Of a stretch of 64,000 nucleotides of DNA, positions 44,638 through 54,345 are shown piece after piece. Below the pieces are notes generated by a model. It saw only the letters and a list, made by a program, of their open reading frames with translations. It was not told the DNA's origin and made no database searches. A program made the translations under genes and the position numbers. The stretch is from Escherichia phage Ec_Makalu_003, in the sequence record MN882349.1; one strand, 5' to 3'. Positions within the stretch are counted from its first letter, which is position 1. The number at the start of each line of letters is the position of its first letter.

Positions 44638-45314
44638 CTATTTGTTTCGGCTTTTAATTGAGATATTTCTTTACACTCTTTAACGACTTTAACAAATAAT
44701 GCTCTTGCTTTTGCGGCGTCAATAACAAGTAGTTTCTTGTACGCCTTCATTTTAACACTATAAGTTTGCCAAATCAAGTCTTTGGCTACCTTGTCGTGTT
44801 CGTCGATTATATTTAGAAAGCTATCTAACAACATAAACGACTCAAACGATATAATCCGATTTTGCAGTAGTTTAAAGATACCGCTAGTTTCGGTTGCGGG
44901 ATTGTATGTAATTAGCTCTTTAAGAGTAACCCCGCGTTTCTCGGAGAAGTATACCAGACTTTTAACGTCATCGTCAAATCTTGTTGCTGCATCGGTTATC
45001 TTTCCTATGTATTCCATATAAAAGCCGTATGCGTCAACATCAGTGATTTCACCTACCCATGCATCGGTATTAGCTACCAGATTGCTTAGGAATAGGAAGT
45101 ATAATTCTCTTAGATTGTACTTTTCCGCTAATTTTGCGAAATAATACTTATCTCTGCGTTTATTGAATGCGGCATCAGACAACCGCATCCTCCAATTGTA
45201 TTTTACGCAATCATAACGCCCGTTCATATGAGCTTTCATCATGCAATATAACATATACACAGATTTAGCATTAATTCGCATATCTGGATCTGGAGGAAGA
45301 CGGTTTCTGATCAT
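44634..45314 (-). CDS. 59: helicase loader gp59
   Basis: 226 aa alignable to T4 gp59 (YNWRMRLSDAAFNKRRDKYYF, FLSNLVAN). Confidence 0.9.
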   Translation of the reverse strand: MIRNRLPPDPDMRINAKSVYMLYCMMKAHMNGRYDCVKYNWRMRLSDAAFNKRRDKYYFAKLAEKYNLRELYFLFLSNLVANTDAWVGEITDVDAYGFYMEYIGKITDAATRFDDDVKSLVYFSEKRGVTLKELITYNPATETSGIFKLLQNRIISFESFMLLDSFLNIIDEHDKVAKDLIWQTYSVKMKAYKKLLVIDAAKARALFVKVVKECKEISQLKAETNS

Positions 45315-45323
45315 ACATACCCC

Positions 45324-45593
45324 TTAAATATCGAGAGTGTTGGTCGGTTCGTCGATCACTCCCTTCCTGAGCGTTCTATTTACTATACATTCTTGTGTGA
45401 TCTTGTCAATAATGGACACCGGAATATACTTCTGATAGTGACCATATTCGATAGAGTTTTCCTCTACAAACTGAGTTGTCGCTTCAAGATAAGTCAATCC
45501 CTCTTCAACAACCAGTTTTTCGATTGCAAGACCGTTTGCTGTTTTGTTCGCGGCTTTTACCGCATGTTCATTAAGCATTGAACACCCGATCAT
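45324..45593 (-). CDS. 33: late transcription accessory protein gp33
   Basis: IEKLVVEEGLTYLEATTQFVEENSI matches the T4 gp33 core; start could instead be the internal Met at 45578. Confidence 0.8.
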   Translation of the reverse strand: MIGCSMLNEHAVKAANKTANGLAIEKLVVEEGLTYLEATTQFVEENSIEYGHYQKYIPVSIIDKITQECIVNRTLRKGVIDEPTNTLDI

Positions 45594-45846
45594 AGAGTTC
45601 TACCGCTTCGTCGCGTTCTGCTTCGAAGGTTTCGCGCTGTTGCTGGTGATATAGTTTAAACAGAATACCCCACATTTTACCATCTACGCCTAATTCTTCT
45701 TTAGCACGCTGTTTGATCTCTTTGATCTTATCGCCATATGCTTCTTGAATGGTTTTCTGATCGCTGGCTTCTTTAATCAGTTGTGCCAGTGTATTTCCGT
45801 GTACTGCTTCATCAAATACTACTTTTTCTTTTTTCTGTTCAGTCAT
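45571..45846 (-). CDS. dsbA: DsbA-like double-stranded DNA-binding protein
   Basis: 91 aa ORF at the T4 dsbA position between 33 and rnh. Confidence 0.65.
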   Translation of the reverse strand: MTEQKKEKVVFDEAVHGNTLAQLIKEASDQKTIQEAYGDKIKEIKQRAKEELGVDGKMWGILFKLYHQQQRETFEAERDEAVELYDRVFNA

Positions 45847-45850
45847 AATA

Positions 45851-46450
45851 TTAACCCTCTTTAGTCATTAATTGAAAACCACGTTCAGCTTTTGAGATTT
45901 CGCTAGGACGTAAATCATCACCTACATATTCTAGCATCATTTCTCTGATAATGTCAAGTGCTTTTTCATCACCTGATTTTAACTCGAACTCAAGTTCATA
46001 ATGAGCAGTGTCGCCCAATCCTTCGCCTACTTTGCCATAATAGAAAGTGTCTTTGCACATTTCCACTATACCACAACCCATATCTAGAGTCAATGACTTG
46101 CGATATGTCATTACTTGCATTATTGTAGTGATATAGTCTGAGTTTACCTCTAGACTATCAATAAAATGGACGAACTCATCCCAATTTGAAAATGTCGTTT
46201 CCTCGCGGTTGAATAGTCCAGATTCATTATCACCAATTTTGACCATGATCTCTGATTTTCTACAGTCAAGTCGTGCATAAATTCCTTTTTGACGTAGCGC
46301 ATGGTCTTCGGTATCATAATAAAATTCGTGTTTTAATATGTTATCTCGATCTACGATATTATAACCGTCATACATTGCCACCCACAAATCACAGATGGTT
46401 TCGACGCCAATTTGTGAGTGTGCATAGTATTTTAACTCAAGTTCTTTCAT
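45851..46450 (-). CDS. CYTH-domain (triphosphate tunnel metalloenzyme-like) protein
   Basis: N-terminal ELELK (ExExK) and C-terminal acidic HYELEFELKSGDE strand typical of CyaB/ThTPase (CYTH) domains. Confidence 0.55.
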   Translation of the reverse strand: MKELELKYYAHSQIGVETICDLWVAMYDGYNIVDRDNILKHEFYYDTEDHALRQKGIYARLDCRKSEIMVKIGDNESGLFNREETTFSNWDEFVHFIDSLEVNSDYITTIMQVMTYRKSLTLDMGCGIVEMCKDTFYYGKVGEGLGDTAHYELEFELKSGDEKALDIIREMMLEYVGDDLRPSEISKAERGFQLMTKEG

Positions 46451-46460
46451 GTGTCAACCC

Positions 46461-47408
46461 TTAGAACTCACCAATTTTCTGCAACATTTTAACTAACGCA
46501 TTTGTTACAAAATAGTTATAAATTTTACCGCGTGGTGCTGGTTTAGATTTTTCCCATGCTAACAAAATTTCATATTCGATGTTATCAGGAATAAATTCAA
46601 AATCAATAAGTTCGCGGTTTTCGTCAAAGCGTTGTGCTTCTTCCTCTGTCATCAAAGACTTTGGATCTTCGGCATCGAAAATTTGCTCTAACCATTTGGT
46701 TGCAATTGGTTTAGCTCGTTCCCCTTCCAGCCGTGAGATAATGAAATCACTACGGCACTTGATGGAAGCTACACCGTCTTTTGCGTCACCCTTAACACAT
46801 TTTACCATAAGGTCTTTGTAAGGACTACCATATTTGCATTTCTTCCATGCTTTCTGTACTGGTGCCCACTGTTTCACGTTTTTGTATTTGTGCAACTGTG
46901 TGTAGTCACCATCGCCGGAGTTGATTAGCACCTGGCGACCTTCTACAGAAAACTTTTTAGTTAACACAGCGATTATATCGTCTGCCTCAACTTTGTCAAC
47001 CTTAATAACGTGATAAGGCATGTTCTCTTTAAACTCTTCGGTGATCTTATTGATCGCAGCAAAGATCATCTCCCAATCACGCGGATCTGCGTCTCGCTTT
47101 TCCTTACGGTTACGCTTGTAATAAGGTGCGATATCACGTCGCCAGTAACCTTTGCTAGAGTCAAAGGCAAGTACCGTAATCGGGTATTGCTCTTTGAATT
47201 TTGTCATATTATAACGCATGGTGTCAAGGATAAGATGACGGATCATACCTTCATTAATCGGATCTTCCGGCTTAAATGTATGAGAGATAGTAGCAATCAT
47301 AAGCTGCGACATATCAATCAAATGCACACCTTCCGGCAGTTTATCTTCTGGATCATCGAAGAAATCATTAAGTGTAGCGGTAGTTTTTGTAAACGGGTTA
47401 TACGTCAT
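46461..47408 (-). CDS. rnh: RNase H (5'-3' exonuclease, FEN-1 family)
   Basis: 315 aa alignable to T4 RNase H (MIRHLIL, GYWRRD, EADDIIAVL, SGDGDYTQLHKY, PRGKIY). Confidence 0.92.
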   Translation of the reverse strand: MTYNPFTKTTATLNDFFDDPEDKLPEGVHLIDMSQLMIATISHTFKPEDPINEGMIRHLILDTMRYNMTKFKEQYPITVLAFDSSKGYWRRDIAPYYKRNRKEKRDADPRDWEMIFAAINKITEEFKENMPYHVIKVDKVEADDIIAVLTKKFSVEGRQVLINSGDGDYTQLHKYKNVKQWAPVQKAWKKCKYGSPYKDLMVKCVKGDAKDGVASIKCRSDFIISRLEGERAKPIATKWLEQIFDAEDPKSLMTEEEAQRFDENRELIDFEFIPDNIEYEILLAWEKSKPAPRGKIYNYFVTNALVKMLQKIGEF

Positions 47409-47410
47409 AA

Positions 47411-47596
47411 TTAAGTTCTCTCCACTCTCACAACAACATATTCGCCAAACGAGTTAGATACTTCACGGTCATACCCGTATTTCTCCATAACTCGCAGAAT
47501 TGCATTGTTTAATTCAGCACGGAAATAATTGTAATCCTTATCTGGGATTCTGTCAACTATCCATTTTGCACCGTCTGACAAATCAACTTTAACCAT
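47411..47596 (-). CDS. small hypothetical protein (61 aa)
   Basis: Start MVKVDLS with AAGAGGA RBS. Confidence 0.5.
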   Translation of the reverse strand: MVKVDLSDGAKWIVDRIPDKDYNYFRAELNNAILRVMEKYGYDREVSNSFGEYVVVRVERT

Positions 47597-47632
47597 AATA
47601 TCATCCTCTTTTGTTTCTATCAAGCCTCATTT

Positions 47633-47640
47633 TATAAATA
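47633..47640 (+). promoter_or_regulatory. late promoter TATAAATA for gene 34
   Basis: Exact TATAAATA 29 bp upstream of the ATG at 47669, followed by AAGGAG RBS. Confidence 0.7.
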
Positions 47641-47668
47641 TGAACATACTATAAAAGGAGACCCAATA

Positions 47669-50600
47669 ATGGCAGATTTTTCTCAACATTTCAAGGCCAC
47701 ATTTGGCTTTGACGCTGGTAATGAAAAGGTCGTCAATGTAGCATTGGCTGATAAGAATGTCAACACCGATGCGGTCAACGTTGAATTTTTCAATTACCAT
47801 AATGGTATTACTCAGTATGACACAACTCGCGGTTATGATCAATACGGAACTACAATCTATCAAAACCGTCCGTATTATGCAAAAGAAGATATCACAAAGC
47901 CAGCAGGTGATTTTGACCCGACTAAATGGCAAGCACTGCGCACGGACCCACGTTGGGATTATATTGCAGCAACTTCCGGTGATACTCCTTTACAGTCTGG
48001 TGATTATATCGCAGCAGATGGTCAATTTGCAAACTTGACTTTCTCTATGCCATCTAAACCAGCAGAGGGGGACACTATAACAGTAAAAGATATCGGTGGC
48101 AAGTGTGGTGTTAACGAATTATCGTTCTTGAGTTCAGGACATGAGTTTTATCATAACGGTAATGTGTATAACCGAAAATGGTATTGCACTACCCCGTATG
48201 CAATGAACTATTTCATCTTTGTTCGTAATCGTTGGCATGTTTATCAGACAGGAACAGAGCCACGCGGTGTGTACGCACAGCCAGCGATTGATGCTATTCA
48301 AATGCAGAATGGTGATCAGGTATTTCGTCGTAGTTCTTTGGGTAATATTACCTTAGTGCTTCCTAAGTTTGCCAACAATGGCGACATGATCCAGACTACA
48401 GACCTTGACGGATTAACCGCAACCAACCACGTTACGGTTAAAGTTCATGAGCACGCAGAAGAACAATCAATTGGCACGTCCGGTCTAAAAGAGATTATCG
48501 GTAAGCGTAGCGGTCATGGTGTATTCATCTTTGACAAGACGGAAAACTTATGGCGTTTGTGGGATGGTGATCAGTCTGTTCGTCTTAAACCGATCATCGA
48601 TGACACTCGCTTGCAACCTAATAGCTATGTTGCCGTATTTGGTGATCGTGATGTTACTCTGACGCTGCCGACCAATGTCGAGCCGGGTGATCGTATTCAA
48701 GTTTCTATGCAGTATATGCACGGAAACCAGAATTGCCGTATTATCACCGCCACAGAGGATACAAAAATCCTCATGTCGAAAAACATGGTTCAGTTTCCGA
48801 AGCGTAGCGAGTACCCATTCAACGGGACCGACACATGGAAGGAAGTGTCTGAATTGTCGTTCAATGCGGCTAGTGATTATGTACCTTATCTGGAGTTCTC
48901 TTATTCAGAAGGTGATGATGGTAAGAAACATTGGCTGGTAGCACACTCTCATCCGATCGTCGAACGAGTAGACCCTACTCGTAAAGATCGTGTTGGTGTC
49001 ATTGCACTGGCTACCCAGACTGAAACGAATAAAAACCATGAAGAGAATCCTAGCGACGAAGTTGCCGTAACACCAAAAATGCTGGCTAATAAAACAGCCA
49101 ACGAAACTCGACGCGGTATTGCTCGTATTGCTACTCAGGCGGAAACGCATCAAGATACTGGTTCCAGCTTCCTGGATGATGTTATCGTTACACCTAAAAA
49201 GTTAAATGACTGTGTTGCTACCGAAGCCCGTCGTGGTGTGATGGAAATTGCAACCCAGCACGAAACCAATGAAGGTTTAGACGATACACGCGCTATTACT
49301 CCTAAGAAATTAGAAGAACGTCGCGCTTCCGAAGACCTCGCTGGTATTGCTGAAATTGTTCAGGTAGGCGGTCGTGCTGCCGCTCGACGTGGTGAAGCTG
49401 GTACAGGGATCTATAACATCAATGACCATGCTAAAATTGTTACACCACAAAACATCAACGAGGTCAAGGCGACCGAAACTTCCCGTGGTGTTGGCTATCT
49501 GGCAACTGACGCGGAAGTGCAAGGGGCTACAGAATCAACCCCGCAAGATGCTTTACTAATCACGACTCGCACGCTAACGAAACGTACTGCTACCGAATCG
49601 CGCACTGGTATCGCTGAAATTGCAACTCAGGAAGAAACAAACTTAGGTCAAAGTGATAACCATATCATCACGCCTAAAAAGCTGCATACTCGCCGTGCGA
49701 CGGAAACTCTACACGGTTTAGCAGAAATTGCAACTCAGCCGGAATTTGACGCAGGTCTTGACGATGCTCGCATTTCTACCCCATTGAAGATTAAAACCTT
49801 CTTTGAGAATGCACAGCGTTTGAAAGTAGATCCGACTCAGGGGCTTAACCTTACTGGTGATTTGTGGCAAGGTATCATGATCAGCGGTCTGGACGCAACC
49901 GAAGACACAAAAGGTGTCGCTAAAGTTGCTACTACTCAGCTTACTGACGCTGGTCAAGATGATACTACAATCATCACGCCTAAAAAGCTGCAAGGCAAAA
50001 AGGCCACCGAAGGTAAAGAAGGTATTATCCGAGTTGGTACTCAAGCCGAAACCGTGGCTGGTACACTGGCTAATGTAGCAATTTCTCCGAAGAACTTCAA
50101 ATATGTTGTTCAGACAGAGGATACATGGAAAGCAACCGAAGCTCGTCGTGGTTTCTTGAAAGTTGCTACTCAGGAAAACTGTTTTGTTGGTGACAATCTG
50201 CAAGGTTCTACTCAAGAACTAGGAAACTATCAGCATGACGGAATTGCTGTTACTCCGAAAGGATTAAACTACGCACTTGCTAATTTCTTGCCTAAGATGG
50301 CAACCGCTCAGAATAGTTTGAAATTGGGTAACGTAGAGGCCGCTAAATGGGCGCGTAGAGACATTGACCAGACCATAGAGAGCAATTACACGTTTAATAA
50401 AAACGTTAACGTGAAGGGCGATTTAGAGTGCTTAAAATCAGGTTCCTTTGAAACTCTGTATGTGACTAAGAACTCTACTGATGATCCGAGTAATGGTCAT
50501 CTGGTGTTGGGTGAGCGTGGAGTTGACGGTCACACCGGAATTACTCTGCATGGCACAACCGCATCGGAAGGCATGAAAAACTCCTGGTCTATTATCGTTG

Positions 50601-51409
50601 GTGGTACTGGAACGGCGCAAGCAGTTAATAGTGGCGCTATCGCTTTCGGTCAAATCAATGATGGTGGAGTCGTCGAGCATTACGCCTTTGCTATGGAACA
50701 CAATGGCGACGCGACAGCATATAGAGACTTTATTGCAGGTCGTAACCTGTATGCGAAACAAGGCGGTTTATACATTGTTGACCAGTCTAATCCGGCAATG
50801 ACTCGTTCCCCAGATGGTATGCTGAATATCGGTCACGGTGGAAGTGTTAACATCAAGGCAGGTTCTCAAACGTTAACTACAGAGATCGCCGGACAGAAAT
50901 ATCAGATCGTACACGCAGGAAACGCCGACGAAGTTCTTAACCGTCGGTTTGTTAAGAATGCTGGCGATACAATGGTCGGTAAGCTGACTATGGATAATGC
51001 GCCTATTGTTTCTGTTAAACATGAAGCTAGCGCGGCAACCGCTCCGGCAATTGGTAACATCGGTTTCTGGAATATGCGAGTTACTACCCAGAACATCAAA
51101 GAAACTTATCCAGAGAAGAAAAACGGTACTCTGATGCAATGGGGTACTGACGCGGACGGGCTTACCCAGCTTTGGTCCCCTGATGGTACTCATAAACATT
51201 ATATCCGTTCCGGTACTGGTGGTCAATGGACCGCATGGGGTGAAATTTACACCAAACAGAATAAGCCTACCGCTCAGGAAATCGGGGCAGTAGTTGCAGA
51301 AGGTGGTTTAATGAACTCTATGACGGTGCGTGACTGGATCAAGGTTGGTAATGTTAAAATCATCGCCAATAATCTGACTCGTACCGTAGATTTTATCTGG
51401 GAAGACTAA
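47669..51409 (+). CDS. 34: long tail fibre proximal subunit gp34
   Basis: 1246 aa; extensive alignment to T4 gp34 including the repeated IATQ.ET/ITPKKL motifs and C-terminal RDW..GNV.I. Confidence 0.95.
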   Translation: MADFSQHFKATFGFDAGNEKVVNVALADKNVNTDAVNVEFFNYHNGITQYDTTRGYDQYGTTIYQNRPYYAKEDITKPAGDFDPTKWQALRTDPRWDYIAATSGDTPLQSGDYIAADGQFANLTFSMPSKPAEGDTITVKDIGGKCGVNELSFLSSGHEFYHNGNVYNRKWYCTTPYAMNYFIFVRNRWHVYQTGTEPRGVYAQPAIDAIQMQNGDQVFRRSSLGNITLVLPKFANNGDMIQTTDLDGLTATNHVTVKVHEHAEEQSIGTSGLKEIIGKRSGHGVFIFDKTENLWRLWDGDQSVRLKPIIDDTRLQPNSYVAVFGDRDVTLTLPTNVEPGDRIQVSMQYMHGNQNCRIITATEDTKILMSKNMVQFPKRSEYPFNGTDTWKEVSELSFNAASDYVPYLEFSYSEGDDGKKHWLVAHSHPIVERVDPTRKDRVGVIALATQTETNKNHEENPSDEVAVTPKMLANKTANETRRGIARIATQAETHQDTGSSFLDDVIVTPKKLNDCVATEARRGVMEIATQHETNEGLDDTRAITPKKLEERRASEDLAGIAEIVQVGGRAAARRGEAGTGIYNINDHAKIVTPQNINEVKATETSRGVGYLATDAEVQGATESTPQDALLITTRTLTKRTATESRTGIAEIATQEETNLGQSDNHIITPKKLHTRRATETLHGLAEIATQPEFDAGLDDARISTPLKIKTFFENAQRLKVDPTQGLNLTGDLWQGIMISGLDATEDTKGVAKVATTQLTDAGQDDTTIITPKKLQGKKATEGKEGIIRVGTQAETVAGTLANVAISPKNFKYVVQTEDTWKATEARRGFLKVATQENCFVGDNLQGSTQELGNYQHDGIAVTPKGLNYALANFLPKMATAQNSLKLGNVEAAKWARRDIDQTIESNYTFNKNVNVKGDLECLKSGSFETLYVTKNSTDDPSNGHLVLGERGVDGHTGITLHGTTASEGMKNSWSIIVGGTGTAQAVNSGAIAFGQINDGGVVEHYAFAMEHNGDATAYRDFIAGRNLYAKQGGLYIVDQSNPAMTRSPDGMLNIGHGGSVNIKAGSQTLTTEIAGQKYQIVHAGNADEVLNRRFVKNAGDTMVGKLTMDNAPIVSVKHEASAATAPAIGNIGFWNMRVTTQNIKETYPEKKNGTLMQWGTDADGLTQLWSPDGTHKHYIRSGTGGQWTAWGEIYTKQNKPTAQEIGAVVAEGGLMNSMTVRDWIKVGNVKIIANNLTRTVDFIWED

Positions 51410-51414
51410 TTAAA

Positions 51415-51430
51415 GGGGGCGAAAGCCCCC
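51415..51430 (+). other. GC-rich hairpin between genes 34 and 35
   Basis: GGGGGC-GAAA-GCCCCC with no following T-run; possible RNA stability or processing element. Confidence 0.4.
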
Positions 51431-51442
51431 TATGGGGTTATT

Positions 51443-52582
51443 ATGACACAAGATATAGAATTACGCAACACTGGAATTAGGTTTGCGCATTTCGATGAGG
51501 ACTCCGCGACATTTACCAGCATTTCAGAAAACAACTCTGTGATGTATAAGCTGGAAGTGCGCGGATCTAATGCGGATTCTACCAAACCAGCAAGGATTAG
51601 ATTTAATGGAGTGGAGATCGTTGGCACTGGCTATGAAAATGGCCTAAATTTTAAAGTTCTTACTCCAACTGGACAACTACACGAAGAAAAGGTATTCTAT
51701 GGTCGCGGTGCTGTTTTGGCAATGCGTGATTATCTTTCTTTGCTGAAAGGTGACTATATCATTGCGATGGCAACGCATGGAGAATTGTTTGCAGATCCGG
51801 TAAGTGATGTTGTATTTTCTAAGCTGGGATCTGTATCATTCCCGAATCACATTTTGTTACAGCAAATGCCTCGTGTATCCTATGCAGCAATTTATTCTAC
51901 GAAAATGGGTAAAATTGTGTGCGAAGGTATGCAAGCGACCCACGGGGAAGGACAAGATTCATCTATACAAATTGAGAAAGTCTATGATACTATAGATGAT
52001 CTTGCTATAACAGGAACACCACAACGATTTTTAGATTATCCGGTTGAGTATGTTAGCGAAGATGCCGAACATTTCGAGCTAATACAATGGCCTCATGATG
52101 AGATCAGCTCACCACTTGAAGATTTTAACATAAAGGCAGGTGACAAACTATCAATATCTTTTGAATTGTTCCGTGATAGTGCCGCAGCCGCAGCCAACGT
52201 AACAGCGCGTTTCTATCACAACTACTTCACCGATGGACAATATCAAACTGGTGTTCGATACAATGCCAGCAAAAAAGACCAATGGGAAAAGTTTGAAGCC
52301 GTCTATACCGTACCGGAAGGAGTTGATAGTGTAGTAACTGGTTGTATCAGATATCCAACCAACTCCAATGAAGGTATTGTTAAAATTAGAAACATACTAA
52401 TAACGCCGATCAGTGGAGTCGTCAAAACTACTGGTCCTACTTCATTTGGCGTTAATGGTGTTAGAACAACTCATATTCAGGATAACGGTGATTTTACTAA
52501 CCCTGTAATGAGTCTTCTTAAACTACCTAGAGATAATAAACACATCACATCCAACAACTTTAAAGAGTTCGATGTTGATTAA
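51443..52582 (+). CDS. 35: long tail fibre hinge protein gp35
   Basis: 379 aa, size and position of T4 gp35. Confidence 0.8.
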   Translation: MTQDIELRNTGIRFAHFDEDSATFTSISENNSVMYKLEVRGSNADSTKPARIRFNGVEIVGTGYENGLNFKVLTPTGQLHEEKVFYGRGAVLAMRDYLSLLKGDYIIAMATHGELFADPVSDVVFSKLGSVSFPNHILLQQMPRVSYAAIYSTKMGKIVCEGMQATHGEGQDSSIQIEKVYDTIDDLAITGTPQRFLDYPVEYVSEDAEHFELIQWPHDEISSPLEDFNIKAGDKLSISFELFRDSAAAAANVTARFYHNYFTDGQYQTGVRYNASKKDQWEKFEAVYTVPEGVDSVVTGCIRYPTNSNEGIVKIRNILITPISGVVKTTGPTSFGVNGVRTTHIQDNGDFTNPVMSLLKLPRDNKHITSNNFKEFDVD

Positions 52583-52592
52583 CATTTTTAAC

Positions 52593-52624
52593 AAGCCGAT
52601 CCATGTGGTCGGCTTTATTTTTAT
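52593..52624 (+). terminator. rho-independent terminator after gene 35
   Basis: AGCCGATC...GGTCGGCT hairpin then T-run; same hairpin reused inverted at 62735-62762. Confidence 0.65.
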
Positions 52625-52630
52625 ACAGTT

Positions 52631-52688
52631 GGTTAAATTGTAACCAAAACGAAGAAAGATCTTTAGAATAATAGAAAATTTGTTTCGG
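52631..52688 (+). repeat. copy c of the roughly 60 nt intergenic element (inverted relative to copies a and b)
   Basis: GGTTAAATTGTAACCAAAACGAAGAAAGATCTTTAGAATAATAGAAAATTTGTTTCGG. Confidence 0.6.
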
Positions 52689-52743
52689 TTAAAAATTAGA
52701 CAGTGCCGTAGGCACGTCGCGAAGCGATATTTTGTTAACATTC

Positions 52744-52751
52744 TATAAATA
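52744..52751 (+). promoter_or_regulatory. late promoter TATAAATA for gene 36
   Basis: Exact TATAAATA 34 bp upstream of the ATG at 52785. Confidence 0.7.
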
Positions 52752-52784
52752 CTCGGAACTATAACTAATTTTTGAGGTTACTTT

Positions 52785-54275
52785 ATGGCAGATTTGAAAT
52801 ATGGATCTACTGTAGGTGGATCTCCCATTTGGACGCAAGGAAACTTGACGATCCAGCCAGCGGGGGATCAGCTTTTCTACAAAGGTCATAAAATCTATAC
52901 CGCTTTTGATAGACCTTCGGCTACCGATTTTGATGCTGTTAGTGCATCCGAAGGTGGCACATTTCAAAAGCAAGTTCATTTCGAGGAAGGTTTAAGCGTA
53001 GGTAGCGCATCGGCTGGAGAAACCAAAAAGAATGGTATCTTTAAAGGTCAGAGTGACGCTGCTAATTTTGACGGCGTAAGCTGGGGTTTGCATTCATGGA
53101 AGTCAATCGGCTTTGTTAATGCCCGTGATGGCGTTATTATGGCGTATATTGACACCACAACGGGCGAATTTAAGTCTAAAGGGACTATCGAAGGGACAAC
53201 CATTAAAGACACAGGTCAACGCGTCTATAGCCCTGTTAATAAACCAACGAATAATGATTTAGATTTGGTGTCTCGTCGCGGTGATACCCTCACAGGAACA
53301 TATAATTTAAACACTGTCACTGTTAAACTATCGGTTGATTCGAAATTAATTGCAAGGGAACGTGATTTAATTAATTTTGATGCGACTAAGATCTATTATG
53401 GTAACGTTCTTGATACGTTGGTATTCCGAAGTAAAGATGAGCCTACCATTTTTGTTAATGGCAAAGAAGGTCGTTTTTATCACACCAACAATAAACCAAC
53501 TAAAGCCGATGTGGGACTAGGCAATGTCACCAATGATGCACAGGTTAAACGTGCTGGTGATATTATGGAAGGTAACTTGCAAGCGCCTAGAATGTTGGCG
53601 ACAAACGATCCTGCTGGTCCGAATGAATTGGTTCGTTTGAGCTACTTTGAGAGAAAATCAATGGTAGCAAATCCAACCATCATAGGAAACGTTGATTGGA
53701 ACACTCTTATTAATCGCGGTATCTATCGTGTGGAAAATGCGGGATCAGGTACTAATAAACCGTCTGATAGCTATTATAACGGCGTTTTGATGGTATACCG
53801 ACCAGAAGATGCGGTCGGTACTCGTCGAATTGTTCAGGTGTATTATCCTGAATCTATTGACCATCCGATGTGCTGGCGTTCTTGTTCTAATGAATCGTGG
53901 ACTGCATGGAACTATGTAGATCACCGTAAATTAGCCGATATTCGCTATGTTAACGTAACTGGTGATACCATGACAGGACCGTTAACTGTTCCGGCTGCAA
54001 ATGGCGTTAGAACGGCTAGAGGTGCATATAATGGTGATAACTACTATGCTGGGTTAAATAGTGCCGATGGCACGGCTATGATTCACCGTATCAGCGATAT
54101 TAAAGCCACCGAAAAATTGGGGATCACCCACGACTCAAAGGTCGTGTTTTTCCGTTCTAGAAACAATACTCAAACCGTGGATCGCTATCAGCTTTATCAT
54201 GAAGGTAATAAACCTACTCCGGCTGATGTTGGTGCGGTTCCACTTAATGCGGTGATTGATTTTGGTACTTTCTAA
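52785..54275 (+). CDS. 36: long tail fibre distal connector gp36 (enlarged)
   Basis: N-terminus MADLKYGSTVGGSPIWTQGN matches T4 gp36; 496 aa versus 221 in T4. Confidence 0.85.
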   Translation: MADLKYGSTVGGSPIWTQGNLTIQPAGDQLFYKGHKIYTAFDRPSATDFDAVSASEGGTFQKQVHFEEGLSVGSASAGETKKNGIFKGQSDAANFDGVSWGLHSWKSIGFVNARDGVIMAYIDTTTGEFKSKGTIEGTTIKDTGQRVYSPVNKPTNNDLDLVSRRGDTLTGTYNLNTVTVKLSVDSKLIARERDLINFDATKIYYGNVLDTLVFRSKDEPTIFVNGKEGRFYHTNNKPTKADVGLGNVTNDAQVKRAGDIMEGNLQAPRMLATNDPAGPNELVRLSYFERKSMVANPTIIGNVDWNTLINRGIYRVENAGSGTNKPSDSYYNGVLMVYRPEDAVGTRRIVQVYYPESIDHPMCWRSCSNESWTAWNYVDHRKLADIRYVNVTGDTMTGPLTVPAANGVRTARGAYNGDNYYAGLNSADGTAMIHRISDIKATEKLGITHDSKVVFFRSRNNTQTVDRYQLYHEGNKPTPADVGAVPLNAVIDFGTF

Positions 54276-54288
54276 TTTTAGCGGGGAT

Positions 54289-54314
54289 TCTCTCCCCGCT
54301 TTTCTAAATAATAT
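54289..54314 (+). terminator. terminator-like hairpin after gene 36
   Basis: AGCGGGGA-TTCTC-TCCCCGCT then TTTT. Confidence 0.55.
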
Positions 54315-54345
54315 TATTCTAATAACCGTTTAAGGATTTTATAAA

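Noticed and set aside
47627-47932. Minus-strand 101-aa ORF overlapping the start of gene 34
   Set aside because: Antisense to the gene 34 promoter and N-terminus; no RBS.
48675-51226. Multiple minus-strand ORFs (up to 165 aa) inside gene 34, and similar ones inside gene 37 (54922-56832)
   Set aside because: Nested antisense ORFs within long, confidently assigned tail-fibre genes.
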